DNA of 64,000 nt from NCBI GenBank assembly GCA_002269645.1, contig NIVC01000480.1, positions 1 to 64,000 on the forward strand. Reading direction: 5' to 3'. This DNA comes from Macrostomum lignano. Its lineage: Eukaryota. Under the pieces are notes generated by a model that ran no database searches, had not been told where the DNA came from, and worked only from the letters and a program-made list of their open reading frames with translations. Each line of letters starts with the position of its first letter. Position 1 is the first letter of the stretch. A program made the position numbers and the translations under genes. Shown piece by piece: positions 1-14,000 of the stretch.

Positions 1-1081
<1,081 letters not shown>

Positions 1082-1586
1082 AACCAAGCTTCACTCCAGA
1101 TTCTCCAGCATTTCAGATGTCTATAAATTTGGACGATGCCGCATCATGGGGCAGATTCACCAGTCAGAAGCTTGCGGCTGGGCAAGGAGGAAGCTCAAGC
1201 CAAAGGAAATAAAAATATAATTACGGGATGCCAGCGGTTCAGCTCGTAAGTCAGGACTGCAGTTGGGTTTTATCGTCCGCAAGTTTTGTTGACAAATTGC
1301 GTCCCTCCACTCTGCCGCACAGACCTGACTGGCTGTTTTACGACCCGGACTGACACGTTTGTTGGGAATTCGCTAGGGGAAATTGCGAGGCGGCTGGAGG
1401 CGTCCTGAGTTCCCATTTGAGCTAATCTCCCCCATGGGGGCGGCTGGCTGCTCAGTTATTATTGTTTATTGCCAAGGTGTCATTTGAGCTGCTCGCCTCC
1501 TTCCCCGTTGATGCGGCGTCTCATGGGACTCTGAAGGGATGCTGAGCGAAAATACACAGTTGTCCTGTTAATTAAAATTTGCTTGC

Positions 1587-2202
<616 letters not shown>

Positions 2203-2914
2203 AGCGGCATATATTTGTCATCAAGCCGGCACAGCCAGCCGCACCGATCTGTCACACCGGTGGTCTATGCGAGCCGCAACACCAGATTCTCTCCCAGCTC
2301 CCCTTTCAAGAAGGCCACTCACTAGCTGCAGAAATTGGCTCTCGAAAGCAGTTCCAGTGCTTTAATTCCAGCTCCCTCTACTCCCTCTGGCTCCCCAGTC
2401 CCTCGTCCTGACCCGATGCCAGAATGACTTGCTATCGCATAAGCTTGAATTCCACAAGCGAGCATCGGGCACTGCCATCCGCACACAAAGAGACTTACCG
2501 CCTCCCGACATCAACTGAAAAACGCGTATGAAAACTCCCAGGGCGCGGGCAGTCAGCGCGCCGGCCAGAACAGGAAAAAATGATAAATGACACTAAATTT
2601 GATGAGAAACAAAAGCTGCCATTCCTCTCCACTTCTGCCAGCCTCCCTCCCTAAGTGTGTTTCGAATACCTTTTCCTCCATAATGCCTATCCCTAGGCCT
2701 TGCGCTGGTAGTTTGCTTGCGGAATTCGAATTTAGCGACAAAACATGAATATCTATTCCAGTATCTGATGTCGGGTCACGTGTGCAAATTGAAGACTGTT
2801 TTTTGTTGGCAAGGGGGGAAAGATTATGGTAAAATGCTCTGGTACGGTGCCTATATAAAAGCTCTGACCTTAGTCTGACCTATCTAGCATCATGGCGGAC
2901 TCTGAGAGACCATC

Positions 2915-3270
2915 CTGACCCGTTCTGACCCGTCTGGACCCAACCTAAATGATCTTGACCTAACCTAACCCAACCTGACCTAACCTGACCCAACCTGACC
3001 CAACCTGACCCAACCTGACCCAACCTGACCCAACCTGACCCAACCTGACCCAACCTAACCCAACCTGACCCAACCTGACCCATCCTGACCCAACCTGACC
3101 CATCCTGACCCAACCTGACCTAACCTGATTCATCCTGACCCAACCTGACCCAACCTAACCCACTATGACCCATCATGGCCCACCATGACCCACCATGACC
3201 CAACCATGACCCCGCTTGACCCACTTAGACCTACCCTGACCCATCGTGACCTATTATGATCCACCTTGAC
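2915..3270. repeat. 10-bp minisatellite (CCCAACCTGA)n, degenerate at the edges
   Basis: Direct reading. Confidence 0.9.
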
Positions 3271-3453
3271 TTAGCAAATTACCATGACACACATGATCTA
3301 TGATGACCCATTCTGACTTCTGATACATTCTGACATACTGGTATCCTGACACATCCTGACCCATTATCACCTGCCATGAGCAATTCACCCACTGACGCAA
3401 CAAATCCATACGGACTCATCTTGACTCGTCTCGCCCCACCCTGAGTCACTCAC

Positions 3454-6275
3454 GAGCAATCCTAGCCAGCAGGCATCTGGCGAGCAGAATGGCGCAGACA
3501 GCCAAAATTGCCACCGCGGCCGTGCAGACAATCAGACCGATGATCAGGTGCTGCTCGTCAATTCCGACATCCGACACGTCGTCAACGCCGGTGCGCCGAC
3601 CTCCTCGATTGTCGCCACCGCCACCGCCACTGCCTCCGGCAATGCCGCGATTGTCCAGCCTGGGCGGTCTGGCCGGCGCGTCAATCACGTTGACAGTCAG
3701 CCGGGCAGTTGAGCTGCGACTCTCGTTGCAGCCGGGGCAGTCGCTGGCCGACAGAGTCAGCCGGTACCGCCCGACGCTGGTCGGCTTTCGGCGCAGCTTG
3801 AGGCCACCGCCGATCGAGTCGATCGAGAACAGTCCGTGCGGATCGCCGGCCAAGATTGAGTAGCGAACCCGGCCGAAATCGCCATCGTCCGAGTCGACAG
3901 CTTTGAGCTCGATGAAGGCCCGGTCGGTCTGCTCGTGTCGGGACACGTTCACGGCGGACAGCTGGGCGGATGGCACTATCCAGTCTGGGCTGTTGTCGTT
4001 TCGGTCCAGAATGATCACCTGCAAAATCGCGATCAGATTGGTGAGGTAGAGAGTGTCACGAGATACACATGCACTCGTGAGACATTTGTCAATGTTTGTC
4101 CCTTTTGTAACATTCCTTAGTACCTGTCTTAGGGTCTGCTTACGAAATTAGAACTCACCTTGACCCTGCAGGTGCCTGTCAGCGGTGGATGGCCCCGATC
4201 CATTGCTCGCACGGTGAACATGTACGCCTTCTCGTCGGCTCTGTTGGCAAGCAGAACCGGCGCCTCTCGTCCACCTTAGCTGACGTTCGGATCTGCGCCG
4301 TCCGGCCGCCGGAGTCGAGCGAAACGATGCTAAACGGCACGGCCTGAGCCAACGGAGACTGAATCGAATAGCTAATATTGGCGTTCAGGCCCTCGTCGTC
4401 GTCGAAAGCCGTCAGGTTTCCAACCAACGTGCCGATTGGCTCGCCCTCAAACAGCTCGTAAGTAAACTGTTCAGCTGAGAACTTCGGCGCTACGTCGTTC
4501 TCGTCGATGACTCGAACGACTACTTGAGTTGTGGCATTCCGAGACGGCGAGCCGTGGTCTGTAGCGATCAGCGAGAATCTCAGCTCACTTTTCTGCTCGC
4601 GATCGAGCGAAGTCGACGTAAAAATATCGCCGCGAGAAGTTGAGCCGAGGCGAAACAGGTCCGCGTCTGGAGACGCTTGATCGATTGCGTAGGACACGCG
4701 ACCATTCCTACCTGCATCCCTGTCTGCAGCATCGATGCCACCGACTCTTGACATCGGCGGCAGGTTCTCGCGCACCCGGAACTCGTAGCGACTCTGCGCG
4801 AACGATGGCGACTCGTCGTTGACGTCCTCGATGTCGATGTCGAGCTGAACGGTGCTGGATAGAGGTGGGTTACCGCGGTCTCGACACTCGATGCTTAGCC
4901 GATACGAATCGCGCTGCTCGCGATCGAACACCTGCCGACTGACAATTTGATACGTTTTCTGATTGGGAACCTCGCGAAACAGGTTGAGCCGGAAGCGGTC
5001 GCTCTGAGCCGCTTGAACCTCGCAGCTGGCGTCTCCTGCAGCATCAGAGTCACCATCGGTGAGAACGGCGATGCCCAGCAGGCTGTTGGCTGGGGAGTTT
5101 TCCTTCAAAGTGAGCTTGCTGGTCTCGCGCATGCCGGTAGGGGGACTCATTTTATAGACGGTCAGTTGGGGTGGACAGTCGTTCACGTCGAGCACCGCGA
5201 TTGTCACCTGGGCTGTTGATGAGCGAGGCGATTGGGCTCTGTCGCGGGCCACGATGGCGAAATGGAACAGCCTCGAGTCCGCTTTTTCATAGTCCAGCGT
5301 CTGCTTCAGCGTCAGGCTGCCGCGCATCGGGTCCAATCGGAAATGCTTCAGCACGGCTGCCGGAGTGGCTTCGGCGAATATGTACTCGACCTCGCCGTTC
5401 CGACCCTTGTCGGGGTCGTCCGCTTTCAGTTGAAGAATCGGCCGGGGGTAAGGCGCGCTCTCGTTCACCGACAGGCTGTAGTGAGACTGGTTGAACACGG
5501 GAGCGTGATCGTTGACGTCCTCCACCAAGACGAAGAGTTTTATGCTTGCAGACCTCGGACTCGGTGCCGAGTCTTTGGCGACAAGGGTCAGGTTGTACTT
5601 TTCAATGATCTCCCGATCCAGAGGTTTGTCAACGCTGATGGCGATCCATTCAATGGAAGAGTCAGGATGGTAGGTCGCGATGGAGAAGGTTCCGCTGGCG
5701 TCCTTAAGCTCGTAGCTCAAGGTGCCGTTAGGTCCATAGTCCCGATCTTTGGCGGCCTCAACGCGGAACGTCTGACGGACTGGGAAGTCCTCGCTAAGGC
5801 GCGCCTCCAAAGAGTGACGCGACCAGGACGGTGCGTTGTCGTTGATGTCGAGAATCGAAATGCGGACGTCCACAGTGGCGTCAAACATCATCTGAGCCGA
5901 GCTGCTGAAGCGGAACACCTGGAAGTTTAGCACGCACTGCTCGAGCAGGTGCGGATTCGGAAGCTGGAGTCGCCGATTGCACTGCTCAAGCTGGTCCCGG
6001 TCGATGCGCTGCCGAACGCGGACCTGACCGTTCGAGTCCACGCTAAAGTAGGCATCTCCCGAGGTGCTGACCCCGTCGCCCTTGTTGGGGATGATGCCGA
6101 ATGTGGCGTTTTCAGATGCACTGTCGAGGCTGTCAAGCAGGCTGCCGACCAGAGTACCTGGCGGCTGCTCCTCAACGGTGCTGAATGACACCTGGCGTTG
6201 CATCGACCAGACCGGTTGCAGCGCCAGCAGTAGCGAGAGGGGGACCAGCCTCCAATCCAAAGGACGATGCGACAT
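3454..6275 (-). CDS. Protocadherin (7 extracellular cadherin repeats + TM); 1-bp frameshift near 4269; cytoplasmic exons not located
   Basis: Exon 6275-4159 encodes a signal peptide and cadherin motifs DINDNAP, DVNDHAP, DVNDCPP, DVNDESP, DENDVAP and LDRE/FDRE. Intron 4158-4019 is GTGAGT..GCAG. Exon 4018-3454 encodes VIILDRNDNSP, a 7th repeat and TM IIGLIVCTAAVAILAVCAILLA, ending at a GTGAGT donor (3453). Confidence 0.92.
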
Positions 6276-6704
6276 CTGAAAAAGTCAGAGTAATTATTTT
6301 ATTGGATGTCTGACTCTCGCTCCGCAAATACGCTCGTATTAGCGAAATAGGCGGCAACGCCTCCTCACTGAAAGCCTCCTACGTAGCTTAATGCTAATAG
6401 GGGGGTGGAGGGTGGCCTTGTCAGTCCAAGCTGCACCCTTTTTACACCTAGCGTTTTCAATACTAATTAACTGTTGCTTCTTGTCTTTCTGTGCTTGTTA
6501 TAGGTTTCTAAGAAAACACAGCTGCTTGCAAAGACGGCTCGTCGTCCACCATGACGCAGCAGTTGTTGGTTATTTTCCCTTTTTTGAACTGTTTTACTTG
6601 CTTCCTACAAGCTCTGGTCGGATGGACGTTAGCATTACATATTATATTCGTGCAAATCTGTACCTATTGTATGTCGATGGAATAAACTGGCGACATGGGG
6701 ATCA

Positions 6705-7365
6705 GATTAGGGACTTTTGGGATCAAATTAGAGATCTGGTATAACATTTGTTACTTTGGGATCAAATTAAGGACTTTGGGATAAAACTAGGGACTTTATC
6801 ATCAGATTGGAGACTTTGAGATCAAATTAGGAACTTTGGAGACTTTGGAGACTTTTGGGATCAACTTGGGACTTTGGGATCGGATGACACTATATAGAAG
6901 CAGATTAGGGACTTTTGGGATCAGATTTGGGATTTGGGATCAGATTAGAGACTATGGGATCAAACTAGAGATATTGGGATCAGATTAGGGACTATGGGAT
7001 CAGATTAGGGATATTGGGATCAGATTAGGGATTTGGGATCAGATTATGGATTTGAGATCAGATTATGGATTTGGGATCAGATAAGGAATTTGGGATCAAA
7101 TTAGGGACTTTTGGGATCAGATAAGGAATTTGAGATCAAATTAGGGACTTTTGGGATCAGATTAGGGACTTTGGGATCAGATTATGGACTTTGGGATCAG
7201 ATTAGGGACTTTGGGATCAGATTAGGGACTTTGGGATTATATTAGGGATATTGGAATCAGATTAGGGACTTTGGGATTATATTAGGGATATTGGAATCAG
7301 ATTAGGGACTTTGGGATTAGATTAGGGATATTGGGATCAGATTAGGGACTTTAAGATCAGATTTA
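6705..7365. repeat. ~20-bp minisatellite GGGATCAGATTAGGGACTTT
   Basis: Direct reading; the same family recurs at 10463-10805. Confidence 0.92.
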
Positions 7366-7829
7366 CTTGCTTCCTTCAAGCTCTGGTCTGACAACGATCA
7401 AAATTTTTTTCTGTAGTTTTAGTTTCAAATGTACTTTTATTGCAATATTTTCTTGATGATTTTATTCAGCTGCTCATTTTAACAAAAACCGACGCTTTTT
7501 GGTTCGCGTGACAGAAGAAAGCCTTGCTTTTCTCTCCTCCAAACAGCTGTGAGTTTGTGCGAGCACCCATCGCTGCACGCGAGTCGCCGCGAATGCAAAT
7601 CCTCAAATTGTAAAAACTTTTTGATCATAGAACAAAAAATCTGACACGATTCTTCGCGATTTCACTGTCCTTCATCATTAGCGAGAGAGAGAAAGAGAGA
7701 GAGATAGTAAAGCTGGAGCATGAACTGGAGCAATGACTCGAGTTTAAAAAACGGCAATAGAATTAGGATAGATGTTTTTTCGTGTTTCATGGTTTGAAAT
7801 TCTACTGAACACGAAAGGAAGACAGAGAA

Positions 7830-7877
7830 GTAGATTGAGACACGGAGAGAGGGAGATAAAGAAGAGAGAGATGGATA

Positions 7878-7915
<38 letters not shown>

Positions 7916-7992
7916 GTAGATTAGGTCACAGAGAGAAGTAGATAAGAGAGAGAGAGACAGAGAGAAGTAGATAAGGTCACAGAGAAAAGTAG

Positions 7993-8031
<39 letters not shown>

Positions 8032-8058
8032 AGATTAAGTCACAGAGAGAAGTAGATA

Positions 8059-8120
<62 letters not shown>

Positions 8121-8173
8121 AGATAAGAGAGAGAGAGACAGAGAGAAGTAGATAAGGTCACAGAGAAAAGTAG

Positions 8174-8218
<45 letters not shown>

Positions 8219-8245
8219 AGATTAAGTCACAGAGAGAAGTAGATA

Positions 8246-8283
<38 letters not shown>

Positions 8284-8369
8284 AGATAAGAGAGAGAGAG
8301 AGAGGGAGAGACAGAGAGAAGTAGATTAAGTCACAGAGAGAAGTAGATAAGAGAGACAGAGAGAGAGAC

Positions 8370-8413
<44 letters not shown>

Positions 8414-8621
8414 AGATAAGTGAGAGAGAGAAGTAGATAAGAGAGAGAGAGAAGTAGATTAAGTCACAGAGAGAAGTAGATAAGAGAGAGAGAGAGAGAC
8501 AGAGAGAAGTAGATAAGTGAGAGAGAGAGAGAGAGAGAAGTAGATTAAATCACAGAGAGAAGTAGATAAGAGAGAGAGAGAGATAGAGAGAAGTAGATTA
8601 AGTCACAGAGAAAAGTAGATA

Positions 8622-8701
<80 letters not shown>

Positions 8702-8728
8702 AGATTAAGTCACAGAGAGAAGTAGATA

Positions 8729-8762
<34 letters not shown>

Positions 8763-8846
8763 AGATTAAGTCACAGAGAGAAGTAGATAAGTGAGAGAGA
8801 GAGAGAGAGAGAGAGAAGTAGATTAAGTCACAGAGAGAAGTAGATA

Positions 8847-8898
<52 letters not shown>

Positions 8899-9030
8899 AG
8901 ATTAAATCACAGAGAGAAGTAGATAAGAGTGAGAGGGAGAGAGAGAGAGAGAAGTAGATTAAGGCACAGAGAGAAATATATGAGAGAGAAGTAGGTTTAA
9001 ATACAGAGAGAGGGAGATAAGAGAGAGAAA
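7830..9030. repeat. Composite satellite: AAGTAGATTAAGTCACAGAGAGAAGTAGATAAG units separated by variable (GA)n
   Basis: Direct reading. Confidence 0.92.
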
Positions 9031-9714
9031 TAGATGAGGTCACGGAGTAAGATTGTGAGAAGAAAAATGACACAAAAATGAATAACAAAGCAAGCGCAAC
9101 TCACATGAAGGTCGTTTTAGAAGACCAATTGCTTGAGAAACGATAGCGGATTGAAAAGAAATGCACCTGTAAAAGAAAATCTTACGGGAAAACTTGAATT
9201 GAAATGTTTCGGAAGGGATTCTTATAGTCATATCAGCGAAGCATTAGCTGGGATTTTGGGCCAATGGGAATGGCTGCTGGTGGGGGCTGTCGCAGCCATT
9301 GAAAGGATTAGCTCAAATGCTTAACTCTTGAGGCTATTTTTAGGGCCTCTCAGCCAATGGCAGAGCTTGAATACGGTCTGAAATCGAAAATATAAGAATG
9401 CGGTCTGTTCTTCAGTAAGGCACTCGATTTAAACTTCTCGTCGTTTTTTATCTTTAAACCAGGGGTCCCGCGGGGCTAAAAATGTTAAAACTTACCACGG
9501 TGCCTGGGACTCCTTTGTTTGAAATTTAGACTTAAGATTACAGTATCTGCTGCATGAACAGAAATAGAGGTAGGTACAAACTAGACTCATGTGCATGCAT
9601 GTAGGGATAGAGTGACACATGCATGTACATTTGTACTGCAGTATATGAGGCACAGAGAGTGATACGGAGGGTCAAAAGAGGAACACAGAGATTTAGAGAG
9701 AAACATATGGAACT

Positions 9715-9960
9715 ATGGATCTGAGTGACACAATGGGATCTAGAATTACACATAGGGATCTAGAGTGACACACAGGGATCTAGAGTGACACACACGGATC
9801 TAGAGTGACACACAGTGATTCAGTCAAGTGACACACAGGTATTCAAAGTGACCCACAAGTATTCAAAGTGACCCACAGGGATTCGGGTGACACATAGGGA
9901 TCTAGAGTGACACACAGTGATCTAGAGTGACACACAGGCATTCAGGATGACACACAGGAA
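9715..9960. repeat. 20-bp minisatellite GGGATCTAGAGTGACACACA
   Basis: About 12 degenerate units. Confidence 0.8.
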
Positions 9961-10462
9961 CACTGAAAAACTGAAACAGAGGATTCAAAGATATTCAGAA
10001 ATTCAGTATCACACTAGAAATCCCAGTGACTAATTCAGAAATTTGTTATCATAAACCCTACGCCTTGAGAGATATCAGCACTGATTTGAGTCCAACCAAG
10101 TTGAGTCCCAACGTACCATGTTGTAAAGACATGCAACTGCAAATACCCGTGGGAATGGCCCATAAGCTTTATTGCCAATGCACCTTAAAAGTAAGCAAAC
10201 TTAGAATTATATTATCTTCCTCAGATAAACAGCTGAATTATGAGACAGTTGAAGTGTAGCGGCTTAGAGCTTTGTATAAGTTTAATATTATTTTATTATG
10301 TATATTGTGTACGAATGGGTACTATAGTCAGTATCTTTTAAAATGAGAAATTAGCGTAATAAAAAATAGCAGAAAAAACGTAACAAATTATTGACGTTTT
10401 TAAAAAATTAGCATTGCATATTAGTTTTCATTATAATCTACGTATTATTTATCAATGATTCA

Positions 10463-10805
10463 ATTAGGGACTTTGGGATTAGATTAGGGACTTTGGGATT
10501 AGATTAGGGACATTGGGATCAGATTAGGGACATTAGAATCAGATTAGGGACATTAGGATCAGATTAGGGACATTAGGATCAGATTACGGACTTTTGGGAT
10601 CAGATTAGGGACATTGGGATCAGATTAGGGACTTTTGAAATCAGATTAGGGACATTGGGATCCGATTAGGGACTTCTGAGATCAGATTAGGGGAATTGGG
10701 ATCAGATTAGGGACTTTAAGATTAGATTAGGGACTTCGGGATCAGATTAGGGAGTTTGGGATTAGGTTAGGGACTTTGGGATCACATTGGGGACCTCGGG
10801 ATCTG
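10463..10805. repeat. Second array of GGGATCAGATTAGGGAC(T/A)TT
   Basis: Same unit and orientation as 6705-7365. Confidence 0.9.
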
Positions 10806-11020
10806 TCAGTAGGCTTTAGTATTAGACAAAGAACAAGGGACTTCATGAAAAAAATTGGCCTTAAACTTAATGTTAAGGCTTCAAAAAAATTATCGCCAGA
10901 ACGTTTTATGCTTTAAAAAATTCTTAGGACGATTTTAGCTACTGTAGACCCAGCAACAACAACAAAACAAAAAGCATTTTGTCTGACACAAAATAGGTAA
11001 GATGAAACAGAAAAGATCAG

Positions 11021-14000
11021 TCAAGCCTCCTCGTTAAATTCATAACAGATTTTCTGTCGGGGATGAATCCCGTCACCGATTTTATAGTCTGAAACATGGA
11101 GGTTTGTACGCGTTTCACTCTAATTTGACTGCTGCAAGTAGCAAGTGAAGAATGCTGTTTTCTATTTTAGTCCGAAACTAGTGGGAGAAATGGAGCCAGG
11201 CACATACACACAGAGACAGTCACAGACACAGAGAGACACAGACTGATACAGCGAAACAGGCACAGACACCGACAGATACTGAGACAGAAACAGTCACAGA
11301 CAGCCACAGACACAGACAAACAGACAGATACAGAGAAAGAGACACAGACACAGACACAGAGACAGTCACAGATTGTCAGGACTTTGGGATTAGTGTGTGT
11401 CAGGACTTTGGGATCAGTGTGTGTCAGGACTTTGGGATCAGTGTGTGTCAGGACTTTGGGATCAGTGTATGTCAGGACTTTGGGATTAGTGTATGTCAGG
11501 ACTCTGGGATCAGTGTATGTCAGGACTTTGGGATCAGCGTATGTCAGGACTTTGGGATCCGTGTCAGGACTCTGGGATCAGTGTGTTAGAACTTTGGGAT
11601 CCGTGTCAGGATTTCAGGATCAGTGTGTGTCAGGACTTTGGGATTAGTGTATGTCAGGACTTTGGGATCAGTGTGTTAGAACTTTGGGATCCGTGTCAGG
11701 ATTTTGGGATCAGTGTGTGTCAGGACTCTGGGATCAGTGTGTGTCAGGACTTTGGGATCAGTGTGTCAGGACTTTGGGATCAGTGTGTCAGGACTTTGGG
11801 ATCAGTGTGTGTCAGGACTTTGGGATCCGTGTCAGGATTTTAGGATTAGTGTATGTCAGGACTTTGGAATCAGTGAGTCAGAACTTTTAAGATCAAAAGT
11901 AAGATACTCTTAACTGGCTAATTTAGAGTCGCTCACCTTTCTCCCCAGCTCGAGCATCGCTGGCCCGAGAGCGGAAGCTGATGAGGACAGCGGCCGCAGA
12001 CTCCGACGAGGTGCTCGCCGTCGTCAGGCCGCCGCCGCCGTTTCCGCCCGCTTCCTCGGAGAGGCCGAAACTGCCAATCTCGTCGCTAGTCAGCAGGTTT
12101 TTCACGCAGGCGGCTGGCGCGGTCAGCTGATCGGCCTGACGATGGCGCCAGTTCTGGTGGCGTCTTCCGCGAACTGCGCGCCAACAGACGCAGGCGAGGG
12201 CGATGGTGACAGCCAGGTGGGCGAGGCAGATGGCTCCGAAGATTATCAGCAAAGCCATGTTGGGGTGGCTTTGCGCTTGTTGTTGTTGCAGAGATTCCTC
12301 TTGCTTCTTCTAGAAGAGAGAGGATTCAGAATTCAGAGGGTTTATAGAGGCCACTGAAGGATTCAGAACTCAGAAAGTTTATAGAGGGCACTGAAGGATT
12401 CAGAGTTCAGAGGGTTTATAGAGGGCACTGAAGGATTCAGAGTTCAGAGGGTTTATAGAGGGCACTGAAGGATTCAGAGTTCAGAGGGTTTATAGAGGGT
12501 ACTGAAGGATTCAGAATTTAGAGGTTTATAGAGGGCACTGAAGGATTCAGAGTTCAGAGGGTTTATAGAGGGCACTGAAGGATTCAGAGTTCAGAGGGTT
12601 TAGGGGGAACTGAAGGATTCAGAATTTAGAGGTTTATAGAGGGCACTGAAGAATTCAGAGTTCAGAGGGTTTATAGAGGGCACTGAAGGATTCAGAGTTC
12701 AGAGGGTTTATAGAGGGTACTGAAGGATTCAGAGTTCAGAGGGTTTATAGAGGGCACTGAAGGATTCAGAGTTCAGAAGGTTTATAGAGGGCACTGAAGG
12801 ATTCAGAGTTCAGAAGGTTTATAGAGGGTACTGAAGGATTCAGAGTTCAGAAGGTTTATAGATGGCACTGAAGGATTCAGAGTTCAGAGGGTTTATAGAG
12901 GGTACTGAAGGATTCAGAGTTCAGAAGGTTTATAGAGGGCACTGAAGGATTCAGAGTTCAGAGGGTTTATAGAGGGCACTGAAGGATTCAGAATTCAGGG
13001 TGTACAAGCTACTTAGAGTAGTATGCAACACAAGTTCCCTAGACTATTAGGCAACCAAGGAGCACAGACAGACCTCAGCCCCGTCAGCCCGCAGTGGCTG
13101 AAGCAGCCTCTTCTGCCGGCAGAGCACTCCGTTGCCGGGCGGACAGTTGAGCTTCAATGGCTGCGGCCTAACACCTGCCTGCATCAGCAATCGCACATTT
13201 CCCGTACTATTCAAAGCAATCCTGTTGCAAATTGTTGCTGCAACACCTGCTGCATCTTCTTTGCCGAGTTTAGCATCAAACTTCAACGTTCTCAAGCTGG
13301 TTAGTGAGCACAGTGCTATGCAGGGTTTGTCAGCCAACCGTAGCAGCGGGTTGCCATCCAGTCGCAGGGTGCGAAGCCGCCCCAGACCTTGAAAAGTGCC
13401 TGCAGGAAGCCAGCTCAGCTCGTTTCCGGCGAGGTCCAGCCGCTCCAGCAGCTTCAAGCCGAGTCCGTTGAAAGCTGAAGCCACGTCTTGAAGACCGTTG
13501 CTGCGCAGACTGAGCGAGCTCAGGTTGATCAGGTTGCGGAGGACACCCGCTGGGAGCACTTTTAGTCTGGGATTTCCGCTGACAGTCAGTTGGAGGAGGG
13601 CCTGCAATGGAGGGAAAATTATGAGTTGGGAAATTTTAAATTTCCTGTTGAAAAATTCTGCTAAGACTCACTGAAGGACAGGAGCGAAAACCATCAAAGG
13701 ACAGGACGAGATTTCCGAGGCAACCACTCAAAGAAAAATTAGGAAATCAGGAGAGGTCAGAGACAACCACCCAAGGACATCACAAGAGATTAGAGACAAC
13801 CACCCAAAGACAGAACGAAAGGTCAGAGACAACCATCCTTGGACAGGACGAGGGGTCAAAACAGTTCCAACCTTGGACAGGACGAGAGAGTTCAGAGACA
13901 ACCACCCAAAGACAGGACGAGACGTCAGAGACAACCACGCAAGGACAGGACGAGAGATCAGAGGCTGTCACCCAAAGACAGGAAGAGAGGTCAAAAACAA

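Noticed and set aside
2323-2325. Apparent 3-nt micro-exon (TGCAG|CTA|GTGAGT, minus strand)
   Set aside because: It is too short to support without reads, and the phase chain cannot be verified.
3489-6279. Plus-strand ORFs overlapping the protocadherin
   Set aside because: They are antisense shadows of a GC-rich coding sequence with no independent motifs.
7830-9030. Repeat-spacer pattern resembling a CRISPR array
   Set aside because: The spacers are (GA)n runs, not unique sequence.
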